The notes: generated by a model not told the origin, from the letters alone. Numbered from the stretch's first letter, positions 1-9,186 are shown. The stretch is DNA of 22,000 nt from Candidatus Methylomirabilia bacterium (GCA_046758965.1 JBHIBG010000042.1:1-22000); one strand, 5' to 3'. Program-made: numbers and translations.

Positions 1-1
1 A

Positions 2-832
2 GGGTGCCTCGAAACCCTTCATCCCTTCAAATCGGCGTGCCCCCTGTTCGACTTCATTCAGCGCCGCCTGTTGCTCGGCCTCGCCGAGACGCGCGAGCAT
101 CGCTTGAAGCGCTCCGGACGACTCGATCGTCGAGCGCACATATTCAGCCGCCGACGGGCGCCGCATCGGCGCTGAAACCTGACGGACCTCTACCTCGCGG
201 AAGCCGGCTTTCTTGTATGCTTCTTCCAAGGCACCGGGACTCCCGAGGCTGAAGGCACCCGGCTGGCCGGGAAGCGGTGGAGGCAGCTGCGCACGGCGGC
301 GGAGAATCGCCAGCATGGTGGAGAGAGCCGGATTGTCCTCTGGCGTCGAGAAGACGATCACGGCGGCTTTGCCACCGGTTCTGAGAACGCGACGCATCGC
401 CGTCAAGCCCTTGTGCGAGTCGGGGAAGAACATCAGGCCGAGCCGGCAGATCACGGCGTCGAACGATCCTGCGTCAAGATCCAGGTTCTCGCCGTCGAGG
501 ACTCGCGTCGCGACGTTTATGAAACCGGCCTGGCGCGCGACCTCCTCGGCGAAGGCGAGAATCTTGGACGAGAGATCGGTGGCCAAGACATAGCCGGTCG
601 CTCCGACGCGCCCCGCTGCCATCACGGGCTGGTCGCCAGCGCCCGCGGCCACGTCGAGTACGCGGTCGCCGGGGCGAATCCTGGCAACGTCGAGCATGAG
701 TTCCGTCGTCCGTCCCAGCCATTCCCTGAGGTCGGGCGCCCGGCGGTGCCATGCTTCTGCGGTGGCGTCCCACTGCTCCCGGGTCGTCTGCTTGTATCTA
801 TCGGGATCGAACTTCGGAGCCCCGCCCCTCAT
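2..832 (-). CDS. Class I SAM-dependent methyltransferase (UbiE/Methyltransf_11-like), 3' end outside the window
   Basis: Manual translation from ATG 832 (absent from the ORF track because there is no stop in the window): MRGGAPKFDPDRYKQTTREQW...RVLDVAAGAGD (motif I)...VLATDLS...SFDAVICRLGLMFFPD...MRRVLRTGG; GGAG just upstream. Confidence 0.9.
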   Translation of the reverse strand, partial: MRGGAPKFDPDRYKQTTREQWDATAEAWHRRAPDLREWLGRTTELMLDVARIRPGDRVLDVAAGAGDQPVMAAGRVGATGYVLATDLSSKILAFAEEVARQAGFINVATRVLDGENLDLDAGSFDAVICRLGLMFFPDSHKGLTAMRRVLRTGGKAAVIVFSTPEDNPALSTMLAILRRRAQLPPPLPGQPGAFSLGSPGALEEAYKKAGFREVEVRQVSAPMRRPSAAEYVRSTIESSGALQAMLARLGEAEQQAALNEVEQGARRFEGMKGFEAP

Positions 833-971
833 TTCTCCCGCTGGTTGCGCTCTACGCCCTGACAAAAGGCTCACGCAGCGTTCCAGCCTAGCCTTTGTTG
901 GTCGCACCACGTCGTGAGCTCTGACGCTGCTGCCTCCCCTGAGGGCTGGACTTACCGCCCGATCACCAGGG

Positions 972-1148
972 CTACTTGTCCTTGATCGCCGCCTGAGCCT
1001 TTGCGGCGACCTCGGGCGGGATCGTCGTCATCCCATGGTCGTTCTTGGCGTGCTCCGCAGCCTTCGCCATCAGCTCATCGACATCGTTCCCCTCGATCAC
1101 CGCGCTGCAACCGGGCACCAAATCACCGCACCTGAGTGTCTTGGCCAT
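972..1148 (-). CDS. DUF1059-family small predicted metal-binding protein (58 aa)
   Basis: Manual translation MAKTLRCGDLVPGCSAVIEGNDVDELMAKAAEHAKNDHGMTTIPPEVAAKAQAAIKDK*; C-x6-C and H-x4-HG pattern typical of DUF1059; GGAGG RBS. Confidence 0.9.
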   Translation of the reverse strand: MAKTLRCGDLVPGCSAVIEGNDVDELMAKAAEHAKNDHGMTTIPPEVAAKAQAAIKDK

Positions 1149-1200
1149 GATAAGCCTCCCCCTTAGACAACGAGAGCCGTCCTCGTTGCCGGTGACTGTG

Positions 1201-1368
1201 CTACGTCCCCTTGGGTATCCGGTTTACGAAGATATCCACAAACGGGACGGTTCCTTTGGTATATACACTGAAGGTCTGGCCCCTCGGTTCAGCCCAGGTC
1301 TGACCGGCTTTGCGAATCAAGGTCTTTCCGTCGGCGGTCACAACTGTGACCTCGCCTTGAGCCCCGGT
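1201..1368 (-). pseudogene. Cupin-like C-terminal fragment without a proper start
   Basis: Frame reads QGEVTVVTADGKTLIRKAGQTWAEPRGQTFSVYTKGTVPFVDIFVNRIPKGT*, resembling cupin motif 2; bounded upstream by an in-frame TGA (1369-1371); the strong RBS+ATG near 1405 is in another frame. Confidence 0.45.
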
Positions 1369-1568
1369 TCAGACGTTTGTGTACAACTATGTGCCGCTTC
1401 GCCATTGTTGACCCTCCTTTCATGAGCTGGGCTGCCCACACGCTGGATCCAGGCGGCCTGCCCGAAGCGGGCAGGAGTTGGCCTGCGAGCGCATGGCAAC
1501 ACCGGCCAGGGATCCGGGGCATAATCGCCTCCCCGAAGGCCGGACAGTTAGATTGTAGAACTAACGGG

Positions 1569-1597
1569 AGTCTAGGCGTGGAGCGGAAGGCTGTCAA
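1569..1597 (-). promoter_or_regulatory. Sigma70-type promoter for the cupin relic/DUF1059/methyltransferase genes
   Basis: Minus strand TTGACA (1597-1592), 17-bp spacer, TAGACT (1574-1569). Confidence 0.6.
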
Positions 1598-1767
1598 GCA
1601 CGTGGTATCCGGGGGGATGTCAACCAAACCACCATGGCGAGGGGGTGCGGAGTGTCCGCTGAGTGGGTCCCCGACGCCAGTAGAGTTGCGGGAAGCGCGG
1701 GAGCAGAGAGGTTATGGATCTGCCGGGCCGAAGTTTGTGCCCGGAGGGGCCCCGGACTCTTCGGGAA

Positions 1768-1967
1768 TCATCGCCTGGCTATGGCTTCCTTCTCACGGGC
1801 CTTCGCCTCTTTCGCGTTCAACTCCTCACCAGCTCGTCGTAGGAGGAGGCCCGGATGATCCTGTTGAGCTGGGCGCGGTAGTTGCCCACAAGGCTCACCC
1901 CCTCGATGAGCACGTCGTCGACCAACCAGCGGTCTCCCCGTCTCAGCATCCGCTAGTCCACGCGAAC
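1768..1967 (-). pseudogene. mlaC: MlaC/Ttg2D phospholipid-binding protein, C-terminal relic
   Basis: Frame reads VRVD*RMLRRGDRWLVDDVLIEGVSLVGNYRAQLNRIIRASSYDELVRS*, matching the MlaC C-terminal W-x3-D-x3-EGVS-x3-NYR-x-Q motif; TAG at 1953-1955 in place of the Tyr of DYR; apparent frameshift near 1820; N-terminal part absent. Confidence 0.75.
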
Positions 1968-1985
1968 TGAAAATCTGTCGGGGCT

Positions 1986-2327
1986 TCAAAGCGCAGCGGG
2001 GTATCCGAAATCCCAGCCGGCCGGAGAGGTTGTCGTAGCTCTGCCTGAGTTCGGAAGAGTAGCCGGTGGCCAGGGAGCGGGCTCCCGTCGTGGAGTGGAG
2101 CTCGAGCGCCCGACAACCTCTTCGGGAAGGGTCGCCTGAGCTGCTCCTGCGAGAACGAGGGTCTCCACCCGTCCTATCGCGAGGTGGAACCCCGTGGCCA
2201 CAGCCGCCAAGCCCGTGACGAACACCGCCACGGCCACAAGGATCTGGATGAGGGTAAGCCCGACTTCCTGGCGAGCCATCTTGGACGGTGTCCCGGCGGC
2301 TCTCATGTGGAGAAGAACGTCACTCAT
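1986..2327 (-). CDS. Type IV prepilin-like (PilV/pseudopilin N-terminus) small protein, possibly degenerate
   Basis: ATG 2327 with AAGGAG RBS; G|LTLIQILVAVAVFVTGLAAVA resembles the class III signal G|FTLIE with E5 changed to Q; low-complexity C-terminal half. Confidence 0.5.
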   Translation of the reverse strand: MSDVLLHMRAAGTPSKMARQEVGLTLIQILVAVAVFVTGLAAVATGFHLAIGRVETLVLAGAAQATLPEEVVGRSSSTPRREPAPWPPATLPNSGRATTTSPAGWDFGYPAAL

Positions 2328-2431
2328 GCTTCGCTCCTTCGCTGTCCGAGTGTGATGCGGCCCGTGTCCTGCTGGTGGAGGTTGCTGCCAAAGAGGAGCC
2401 ACCGTGATGCCATGCCTGATCCGACCACGCG

Positions 2432-2447
2432 GCAAGGATCGTGCCAG
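2432..2447 (-). promoter_or_regulatory. Sigma54 (-24/-12) promoter upstream of the pilin-like gene
   Basis: Minus strand CTGGCACGATCCTTGC = TGGCAC-N5-TTGC consensus with exact GG-N10-GC spacing. Confidence 0.75.
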
Positions 2448-2520
2448 TGCCCAGCCGGATGAAACCCGCCGTTTTTCACAGAGTTACGAGGATACCCTCG
2501 GCGGCGAGCTCGCCAAGGGG

Positions 2521-2552
2521 TACCAAATCGGCAAGGCGTTGCCAAATCGACA
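2521..2552. promoter_or_regulatory. Tandem putative enhancer-binding-protein sites
   Basis: TACCAAATCGGCA (2521-2533) and TGCCAAATCGACA (2540-2552), imperfect dyads 75-105 bp upstream of the sigma54 site. Confidence 0.5.
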
Positions 2553-2642
2553 GGCGGGGGAACTGTTACGCTTCGAGGCGGACGCTCGGAGTGGGACCGG
2601 TAGGGCGGAGGAGAGTGCTACGGCATTCTGTTCACCTGGGCT

Positions 2643-3362
2643 TCAAAAGGACTCGCAGGAACAGGGCGCAGGGTTGGCGTTTACCACTCGCCCGTTAGAC
2701 GTATCGATCACTTCATCCCGACAACGGCCATCAGGAAGCTGTATCCGCCGCTTGATGAACCCGCTGCGGAGCCTCTTCATGCAGAGGACTCGTACAGTTT
2801 GGGCCACGTGCACGTTGGAACGGAGGGATTGCTTCTCTCCGGCAAACGCCGTCGCGACAGGCGCAGGAAACCGACTCGCCAATCCTTCATCCGGATCGAG
2901 CGGGATCCATACACGCCGTCCACTCAGCTGGTCTTTCGAAGACACCTCCACCAGAACATCGCCGGATGGACAGCCCCACATCACCGCGGAGACACGCCCG
3001 CGTTCAAAGCTGGCATGAGTCGTAGCATTCGCATCAAGATTGCTCGCACAGGCGTAGTTCTTCTCCCAAAGGCGAGCCTGAGGCGTGCCAACCGCATACG
3101 ATCTGAGCCACGCAATGTACTGAGGGATCGCGCCAAACAGGATGAGAACAAGCACTGCAGTGACAGCCACTCTTGTCCCCATGGGCCACGGTCCCGTGAA
3201 CCATGTTGCGAACCTGTTCAGGAACGTTCTTCGTGGCGAACCCAGCCTATCGGCCCTGGCCATAACAGTCCTGAAAAAATCTGGCGGTGCCTGCGCGTCG
3301 CGTGACAAGCGACTCAACGCTTCTATGAGATTCCGATCCGCTCCTGGTTCAGGAGGCTTCAT
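2643..3362 (-). CDS. Putative membrane-bound anti-sigma factor with a Cys-rich extracytoplasmic domain
   Basis: Overlaps the ECF sigma 3' end by 14 nt; N-terminal APPDFFRTVMARA anti-sigma-like helix, one TM segment (VAVTAVLVLILFGAI), six Cys downstream. Confidence 0.7.
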   Translation of the reverse strand: MKPPEPGADRNLIEALSRLSRDAQAPPDFFRTVMARADRLGSPRRTFLNRFATWFTGPWPMGTRVAVTAVLVLILFGAIPQYIAWLRSYAVGTPQARLWEKNYACASNLDANATTHASFERGRVSAVMWGCPSGDVLVEVSSKDQLSGRRVWIPLDPDEGLASRFPAPVATAFAGEKQSLRSNVHVAQTVRVLCMKRLRSGFIKRRIQLPDGRCRDEVIDTSNGRVVNANPAPCSCESF

Positions 3363-3936
3363 GGTCTATCTCCTGCTGGAGGCGCTCCAGGGCTCTCCTC
3401 CGTAGCCTGTGGACCGTTGCCAGCGAGATCCTATGAATGCTCGCGATATTTGCCAGCGAGTGACCGTCGGTGTAGTGCGCCAGCAGCACCGACGCTTCCA
3501 GCCTGCTGAGTCTTTTCAGCCCTCTCCTCACTTTCTCCTCCATGCGCCGATGCTCCTCCTCGAGATCAGATCCTGGGGGTGCCGGCGCACCCGGATAGAC
3601 TTCCGCGGCGATGCTCTCCTGTCTTTGAGTCTCGATGCGTGCCCTTCGGCTGCGGTCCCGCAACGTTTTGAGGCATCTCTTATGGGCGATCCCGTACAGC
3701 CACGTACAGACTGATGCCTGTCCACGGAAACGGGGCATCGCCTCGTAGGCACTTAAGAACACCTCTTGCGCGACGTCGGCAGCGTCCGCACCAAACCCGC
3801 CCAGCATGTTGGTACAGTAGCGGACGATCCGGTGCTGATAGCTAGCGACCAGCACCTCCAGTGCCTGTCGGAAATCACCCTCCGCCATGGCATCCTGCGC
3901 CATGGCATCAGCCAGCTCGTCACAGCCCTTCCCCAC
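3349..3936 (-). CDS. ECF (group 4) RNA polymerase sigma factor
   Basis: Region 2 DAADVAQEVFLSAYEAMPRFRGQASVCTWLYGIAHKRCLKTLR; region 4 HTH GHSLANIASIHRISLATVHRLRRRALERL; GTG 3936 chosen as start (uncertain). Confidence 0.92.
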   Translation of the reverse strand: MGKGCDELADAMAQDAMAEGDFRQALEVLVASYQHRIVRYCTNMLGGFGADAADVAQEVFLSAYEAMPRFRGQASVCTWLYGIAHKRCLKTLRDRSRRARIETQRQESIAAEVYPGAPAPPGSDLEEEHRRMEEKVRRGLKRLSRLEASVLLAHYTDGHSLANIASIHRISLATVHRLRRRALERLQQEIDHEAS

Positions 3937-4149
3937 TATGTGTTCCCCACCATGGCCCAACGTGTCACAGACAGCGCTCTTTATAGCACACAAGTAGTTA
4001 ATTTTAAGGGCCAAAAAAACATTTTCTGGCGCGCTGTCGAGAGCCGGCGGCGCAACGGGGAACTACATAAGCGAAGGAAATGAAGCGCCGGGTGCCAGCT
4101 GATCAGTGAGGTAAGCTCAGGGCATGGGTCGGGAGAGGAGGGTTCACCA

Positions 4150-4560
4150 ATGAGACGGATCGGCCTCGCGCTCGTTCTCGCCTTCACGTTCGGCCTCACT
4201 GTCCTATCGGGAGCGGCCTGGGCCTGGGGTCCTCATGCCTTTCGCAGCGGCGTCCAGATGGGAGTCCACGCTGGGGGCGTGAAGGTTTTCATTGGCCACG
4301 GGCGCCACCAGAAGTTCAGGACTCACCGCCGCCACCATAGGTTCGAACGACACGACCATAAGTTCGAGCACCACGGGCGCCTCAGACACCACACTTTCGG
4401 CCACCGCTTCCATCACCACAGGTTCCACCCTCTCCACTTCAGGCGCCACGCCATCGCGGTCCGCCCGGTTCCCCGGCCGGTGTGGGTGGCGGGGTTCTGG
4501 CACTGGAACGGCTTCCGTTGGCTCTGGGTGCCGGGCCACTGGATCTGGCAGCAGTGGTAG
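4150..4560 (+). CDS. Secreted His-rich protein with C-terminal WxxGxW repeats
   Basis: GAGGAG RBS; signal peptide ending AWA; about 22 His in 136 aa; C-terminus VWVAGFWHWNGFRWLWVPGHW. Confidence 0.8.
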   Translation: MRRIGLALVLAFTFGLTVLSGAAWAWGPHAFRSGVQMGVHAGGVKVFIGHGRHQKFRTHRRHHRFERHDHKFEHHGRLRHHTFGHRFHHHRFHPLHFRRHAIAVRPVPRPVWVAGFWHWNGFRWLWVPGHWIWQQW

Positions 4561-4662
4561 ATAGAGCAGGAGCTTCGGGGGGAAGACCCTCGCGCCCGTA
4601 AGCGCGTTTATGATAGTTACGTGTGAGGCGTTGCTAAACAGTCACGGAAAGGAGCATGTGCG

Positions 4663-5280
4663 ATGAAGGGGTTCTGTGGTGCAGTGATCTTGGTGTTCGC
4701 CCTGAGCGGTTGTGCCAGTGGACCGGGGACGACACGCGAGAAGACCACCCTCGGCGGTGCGGCCATTGGCGCCGGGACCGGTGCGCTCATCGGGGCCGCA
4801 TCGGGCGGGAAGGCAGGGGTCGGTGCGCTCATCGGAGGGGGGATAGGGGCGCTGAGCGGGGCCTTGCTGGGCGACCAGCTACAGAAAGTGGAACGGGAGC
4901 GAGGCGCTCCGGCTTACCCGCCTCCTCCGCCTCCAGCAGCGCCCCAGGCAGTCGGACCGCCTCCCCCACCGCCGCAGGTGGTAGCCAGTAGACCTGCGGG
5001 CGACCCCACGAAAGGCGAGTTTATCAACGGCACGCCGTGGGTTGTTCGCGTCTATATCAACGCTGACCCGAACAACGTGGGGGCGACGACGCCCGTCGTT
5101 CTCCCGCCCAATCAGGTGGTCCCGTGGGGCTTGGACATCGGCACCCACCGCATCATCGCCCGGGCGTATGTCGAGACTCAATACGGCGAACGGGTGGTGG
5201 GCCGCTTTGATCGGACGATCCAGATCGACCCGCGCAGGCCTGGCTGGCTCCTCAAGCTCCAGGATAGCGACTTTCGGTAG
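4663..5280 (+). CDS. Glycine-zipper lipoprotein with Pro-rich linker and C-terminal beta domain
   Basis: AAGGAG RBS; lipobox LSGC; GGAAIGAGTGALIG...GALIGGGIGALSGALLG zipper; poly-Pro linker. Confidence 0.88.
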   Translation: MKGFCGAVILVFALSGCASGPGTTREKTTLGGAAIGAGTGALIGAASGGKAGVGALIGGGIGALSGALLGDQLQKVERERGAPAYPPPPPPAAPQAVGPPPPPPQVVASRPAGDPTKGEFINGTPWVVRVYINADPNNVGATTPVVLPPNQVVPWGLDIGTHRIIARAYVETQYGERVVGRFDRTIQIDPRRPGWLLKLQDSDFR

Positions 5281-5291
5281 CGGTCTGTTTG

Positions 5292-6044
5292 TCAATTCGG
5301 GGGCGTGCTGCCGTGGGCCTCAGAGGTCACCAGCCTCTCCAACAAGGCCTCGGCCGCTCGCGCCTCGATGCTTCCGGGGAAGCGGTTGCGGAACTGCTCC
5401 AGCGCCCGGCGAGCACGGCCCGCGTACTCGCTGGCTGTCGCCTGATCCTGGGTGTGTTGCGAGATCCGGTAGTAATCGACCGCCAGAAAGAACTGGACAT
5501 CCTTTGCCCGCTCGTGACCAGGATACGCAACGAGGAACTGCTCCTCCCGGGCGATCGCCCGAAGCAGCCCGGCGAGGTCGGTGTTCACCAGCGTTGCCGG
5601 ATCCACGCCGAGGGTATCGTGGAAGGTCCGGGCTATCACCTTGAATCTTGCTTCCGCCGCCCACTGGCCTTCGGGGGCCCGCCTGAGATACTCCCGGAAG
5701 GCGGCGAGATCGTACGCGTACTCTCTGTCCGGCTCAGCAAAGGTGATCTTGATGGAGTACGCCCTCAGCCGCTTGAGCAGGAGCTGGGCGAAGAGGCTGC
5801 TCTCTCCGTGAGAGCGAATATCCCGGTTGAGCAGTGAGACGAGCGCCTCCGCACGCTCGCCCAGGTGGTAGACGGCATCCGCCCTGGCCTCACGGGTTCG
5901 CCCCTCCCGGCTTTCAGCGGCGTGCTCGGCAATCTGCCGGAGCATCTCTTCGATCAGCTCCGGGTCAAGGATGATGTCGGCGGACGAGGGAAGAGCGAAA
6001 GTCAGGAGCAGCGCGAAAGCGACGACGGCAGGGGATCCCGGCAT
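5292..6044 (-). CDS. Exported TPR-like (BamD/YfiO-like) protein
   Basis: ATG 6044 one base after the upstream stop; signal peptide ending SSA; YLRRAPEGQWAAEARF and EQFRNRFPGSIEARAAEALL helical-repeat motifs. Confidence 0.7.
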   Translation of the reverse strand: MPGSPAVVAFALLLTFALPSSADIILDPELIEEMLRQIAEHAAESREGRTREARADAVYHLGERAEALVSLLNRDIRSHGESSLFAQLLLKRLRAYSIKITFAEPDREYAYDLAAFREYLRRAPEGQWAAEARFKVIARTFHDTLGVDPATLVNTDLAGLLRAIAREEQFLVAYPGHERAKDVQFFLAVDYYRISQHTQDQATASEYAGRARRALEQFRNRFPGSIEARAAEALLERLVTSEAHGSTPPN

Positions 6045-6045
6045 C

Positions 6046-7098
6046 TCACCACACTCGCTGGTAGAGCCAGAATACCCCCAGGCAGAGGATGAGCGCCGAG
6101 ACTGACCGGGTTGCCAGCCGGTGCGCCCGGGTGTGGCTGAGAAGCCAGAGCAGCGGGGTGAGGAGCACGACAATCACCAGCTGACCCACCTCGACGCCCA
6201 GGTTGAACGAGAACAGGGCGGAGACCAGCCCGGATCGCGGGAGCCCGATCTCCCTCAAGACACTCGCGAACCCGAAGCCGTGCAGAAGGCCGAATACGAA
6301 ACTGACCCGCCACCGCCGGTCAAAGCTCTTGGCCAGGAAGTTCTCCAGGGCGATGTAGACGATGCTGAGCGCAATTCCCACCTCGACTACACGCGAGGGC
6401 AGACGAACCATGTCAACGGCTGCCAGAGAAAGCGTGAGACTGTGGGCTACCGTGAAGGCGGTGACGATCTTGACCAGGGTCAACAGCCTTCCTCCCATGA
6501 GGAGCAGCCCTATCAGAAAGGCGATGTGGTCGTACCCGATGAAGATGTGGATGATGCCCAGCCGCAGGAACTGGATCAGGTACCCGACCACGCCCCTGCG
6601 CCCTTCATAGACCACTCCCTGCTGGAACACGAACTGCTCCACCCGGTCTCGGGAGGTAATCCTCGCGATGGTTCTGTGATCGGTACCGAGTTCGGCGAGG
6701 GGCTCGCACCGGATCGCCAGGCGCTGGAGGCGGGTTTCGGAGGGGAAGCGAAGCGTGATCTTGAAGAGGGCCTTCCCGTCCGCCCCCCGCGTGACCCGTG
6801 AGCTCCCGGTCTCCATTGGGAGCTCTCTTCCCGAGCTGGACACCGACACCCGCTGCCGCAGATACTCCCGGATCTCTGCCCGCTTGCGCTCCAGCTCGTC
6901 CGGCTCCACCCGGGCGTTCAAGTTTTGGTCCAGCGAGAGCAGCAGATCCAGCTCGAACAGGTTCACGCTAAGGTCAATCTCGACGCTCTTGGCGTGCACG
7001 ACGATGTCCGCGTAGGCGACGTTGGCTGGATGGGCGTGGAGGCGAGCGCGAGGAAACAGCAGGACGAAGAGGACCAGCGCTGAACCGAGAACCCTCAC
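6046..7098 (-). CDS. HupE/UreJ family membrane protein with an N-terminal exported domain
   Basis: LGIIHIFIGYDHIAFL, VTAFTVAHSLTL, FGLLHGFGFA and FNLGVEVGQL motifs; signal peptide ending LHA-H; GTG 7098 chosen as start. Confidence 0.9.
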   Translation of the reverse strand: MRVLGSALVLFVLLFPRARLHAHPANVAYADIVVHAKSVEIDLSVNLFELDLLLSLDQNLNARVEPDELERKRAEIREYLRQRVSVSSSGRELPMETGSSRVTRGADGKALFKITLRFPSETRLQRLAIRCEPLAELGTDHRTIARITSRDRVEQFVFQQGVVYEGRRGVVGYLIQFLRLGIIHIFIGYDHIAFLIGLLLMGGRLLTLVKIVTAFTVAHSLTLSLAAVDMVRLPSRVVEVGIALSIVYIALENFLAKSFDRRWRVSFVFGLLHGFGFASVLREIGLPRSGLVSALFSFNLGVEVGQLVIVVLLTPLLWLLSHTRAHRLATRSVSALILCLGVFWLYQRVW

Positions 7099-7261
7099 CG
7101 GTGACGGCCGGGCCCAGGGGAGACGGTCACTGAGGCGCAATGAGTATCCGGAGCCGGTCGTCCTCGGAAACAGCAACTGACGATCCCGGGTCCTCAAACT
7201 CCGAACACGCGAACCCCCAAACGGTCCCGCTGGTCTCGGTGACCGACGAGGGCGGCCCCCG

Positions 7262-7840
7262 TCATCGTTCCTTGGCCTCGACTTCCGGCAGCGGACGGCC
7301 TTCGAAGTAAGCAAGGGCGCCGGGGTGGGTCGGCACCGTCGCGTCCGGTTCTTTTGCCCCCGGCGGATCCGGGAACACCGGCACGGGGACCTCCGCGCGG
7401 TGCGCGCTCAAGGTCCTGGCCACGAGGTAGGCGTGCGGCGCGGGAAAGTCGTCGCGGCAGACCAGCAGGTAGTTGCCGAGGCCGATGATCACCCTGAGTG
7501 GCACCGGGCCGTAATCGGCGAACGGCGGCCGACCCTCGAGCAGGGCCGCGGCGTCGTCGCGCGAGAGGAGCGCCACATCCATCTGTTTGGTGCTGATGAG
7601 GCTGGCGATCCGCTCCGTGTACGGCGCGCGACTCACGCGGGCCTTGCTGGCCGGAAGGTGGGTGGCCAGGATCTCCGCCACCCGTTTGCCCAGCGGATAG
7701 GAGGGCCCGTCGGTCCGGCTGGTGAGAATCAGCAGATGCCGCTTGCGATAGACCACCCACTGCCGGTAGGGCGTGTGGCCCGTGCCGAAGGTCCACGCCG
7801 CGCCGGCCAGCGCCAATTTCAGGAACGCCCCTCGCGTCAT
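7262..7840 (-). CDS. Exported protein resembling a shortened TAXI-type solute-binding protein
   Basis: Tat-like MTRGAFLKLALAG start, GHTPYRQWVVYRKRHLLI block, C-terminal VPTHPGALAYF like the TAXI P-x-HPGA-x2-Y end. Confidence 0.55.
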   Translation of the reverse strand: MTRGAFLKLALAGAAWTFGTGHTPYRQWVVYRKRHLLILTSRTDGPSYPLGKRVAEILATHLPASKARVSRAPYTERIASLISTKQMDVALLSRDDAAALLEGRPPFADYGPVPLRVIIGLGNYLLVCRDDFPAPHAYLVARTLSAHRAEVPVPVFPDPPGAKEPDATVPTHPGALAYFEGRPLPEVEAKER

Positions 7841-7926
7841 AACGCCCCGCAGAAAGAAAGCCGGGTGGGGGCCCGCGCCCCCACCCGTCACCCTTCCGGC
7901 CAGCTGGCGTGTCGCCGCGCGAACAC

Positions 7927-9186
7927 CTATCTCTTGAAGATGTCGAGCGGCAGGATGGCCGATACGATGTAGTTCGGCACGTCCACGAGCTGCCCGATCC
8001 TGAGGTCAACGGCGACGCTCGAGACGATGTAGGCCTGTTCGGCCGTGAGCCCCTTTTCCCTGACCATGTAGTCGATGATCTCGAGCAGCGCGTTGCGGGC
8101 GGCGACCGTCAAGTCCTCCGACAGGTTGGTAAGCGGCCCGATCTTCTTGCTGTCGAGGTAAGTCTCGTAGATCGGAACCTCCCCGGCCTTCTTCAGTGGA
8201 ACGCCGGTGGTCGCGTAGAACGACGTGGGCTCCAGCTGCTTGAGCTGCGCGCCCCCCTCGAAATGCGGGACCTTGACGAACGCGCCCAGGCCCTTGCGCA
8301 CCTCGGTTTTCACCGTGACCTTGGCACCCATTTCGACAGCCGTGCCTGACACCTCGCCGTCGCCCTGGGCGTAGTGCACGTCGCCCACGAACAGGCCGCA
8401 GCCGTCGATGAAGCAGGGCAGGAGAAGCGTCGTGCCCACCTGCATCTGCTTGACGTCCATGTTGCCGCCGTTCTCGCGCGGGGGAATGGTCCTGAGACAC
8501 GTGTCCTTGAATCTGCCCTGGGGCCCGCAGATATCGGCCGGCAACGCGCCCGCGGGCTGGGGCGTGAGCACGATCCCCCCTGCCCGGGCCAGTTGGGCTT
8601 CGCGCGCCAAGATCTTCCGGACCTCAGGCTCTCCGGGGAGCACGCCGACCGAGCCCATGAAGCCGTTGAAGGGGACGGCTACGCCGGGGATCTCCTCTGA
8701 CGTGGCCTCGAGGCGGGTAAGCCGCCAGTTCGCGATGAACGGCTTCGTGAATTTGTCGCGCAGGAAGCCGAAGCCCGGGATGATCACCGTGTAGCCGTAC
8801 TCGTCGGGGTCGATGTCCACGAGGGTGACGGCCAGCACGTCGCCCCGCTTCGCCCCCTCGATGAAGACCGGCCCGGTCATGGGGTGGACCAGGTTCAGGT
8901 CCACGGCGGACACGTCGTCCGGAGTCGACTGGAAGTTCAGGTCGCTGTCCAGCGCATCCCGCGTCTCAAAGAGGATGAACTGGCCCGGCCTGGCGCGGGC
9001 CACCGGTTTGATCGCCGGGTGGTAGCGGTTGAAGCAGTTGCGATCGTCCTTGCAGTGGACGCCGCTCTTCTTGACTACGACCGCGGGCGGCCCCTTGACG
9101 TCCGAGGTGTCGGCGCGACCGGTGGCCGCGGTCGCGAGCGAGACCAGCACGGCCGCAAGAAACGTCCCCAACCTTTGTGATGTCAT
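7927..9186 (-). CDS. Acetamidase/formamidase (FmdA/AmdA family) with a Sec signal peptide
   Basis: HPMTGPVFIEGAKRGDVLAV, PPRENGGNMD, GDVHYAQGDGEVSGTAVE, AYIVSSVAVDLRIGQLVD motifs; GGAGG RBS; hydrophobic N-terminus ending GRA. Confidence 0.95.
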   Translation of the reverse strand: MTSQRLGTFLAAVLVSLATAATGRADTSDVKGPPAVVVKKSGVHCKDDRNCFNRYHPAIKPVARARPGQFILFETRDALDSDLNFQSTPDDVSAVDLNLVHPMTGPVFIEGAKRGDVLAVTLVDIDPDEYGYTVIIPGFGFLRDKFTKPFIANWRLTRLEATSEEIPGVAVPFNGFMGSVGVLPGEPEVRKILAREAQLARAGGIVLTPQPAGALPADICGPQGRFKDTCLRTIPPRENGGNMDVKQMQVGTTLLLPCFIDGCGLFVGDVHYAQGDGEVSGTAVEMGAKVTVKTEVRKGLGAFVKVPHFEGGAQLKQLEPTSFYATTGVPLKKAGEVPIYETYLDSKKIGPLTNLSEDLTVAARNALLEIIDYMVREKGLTAEQAYIVSSVAVDLRIGQLVDVPNYIVSAILPLDIFKR

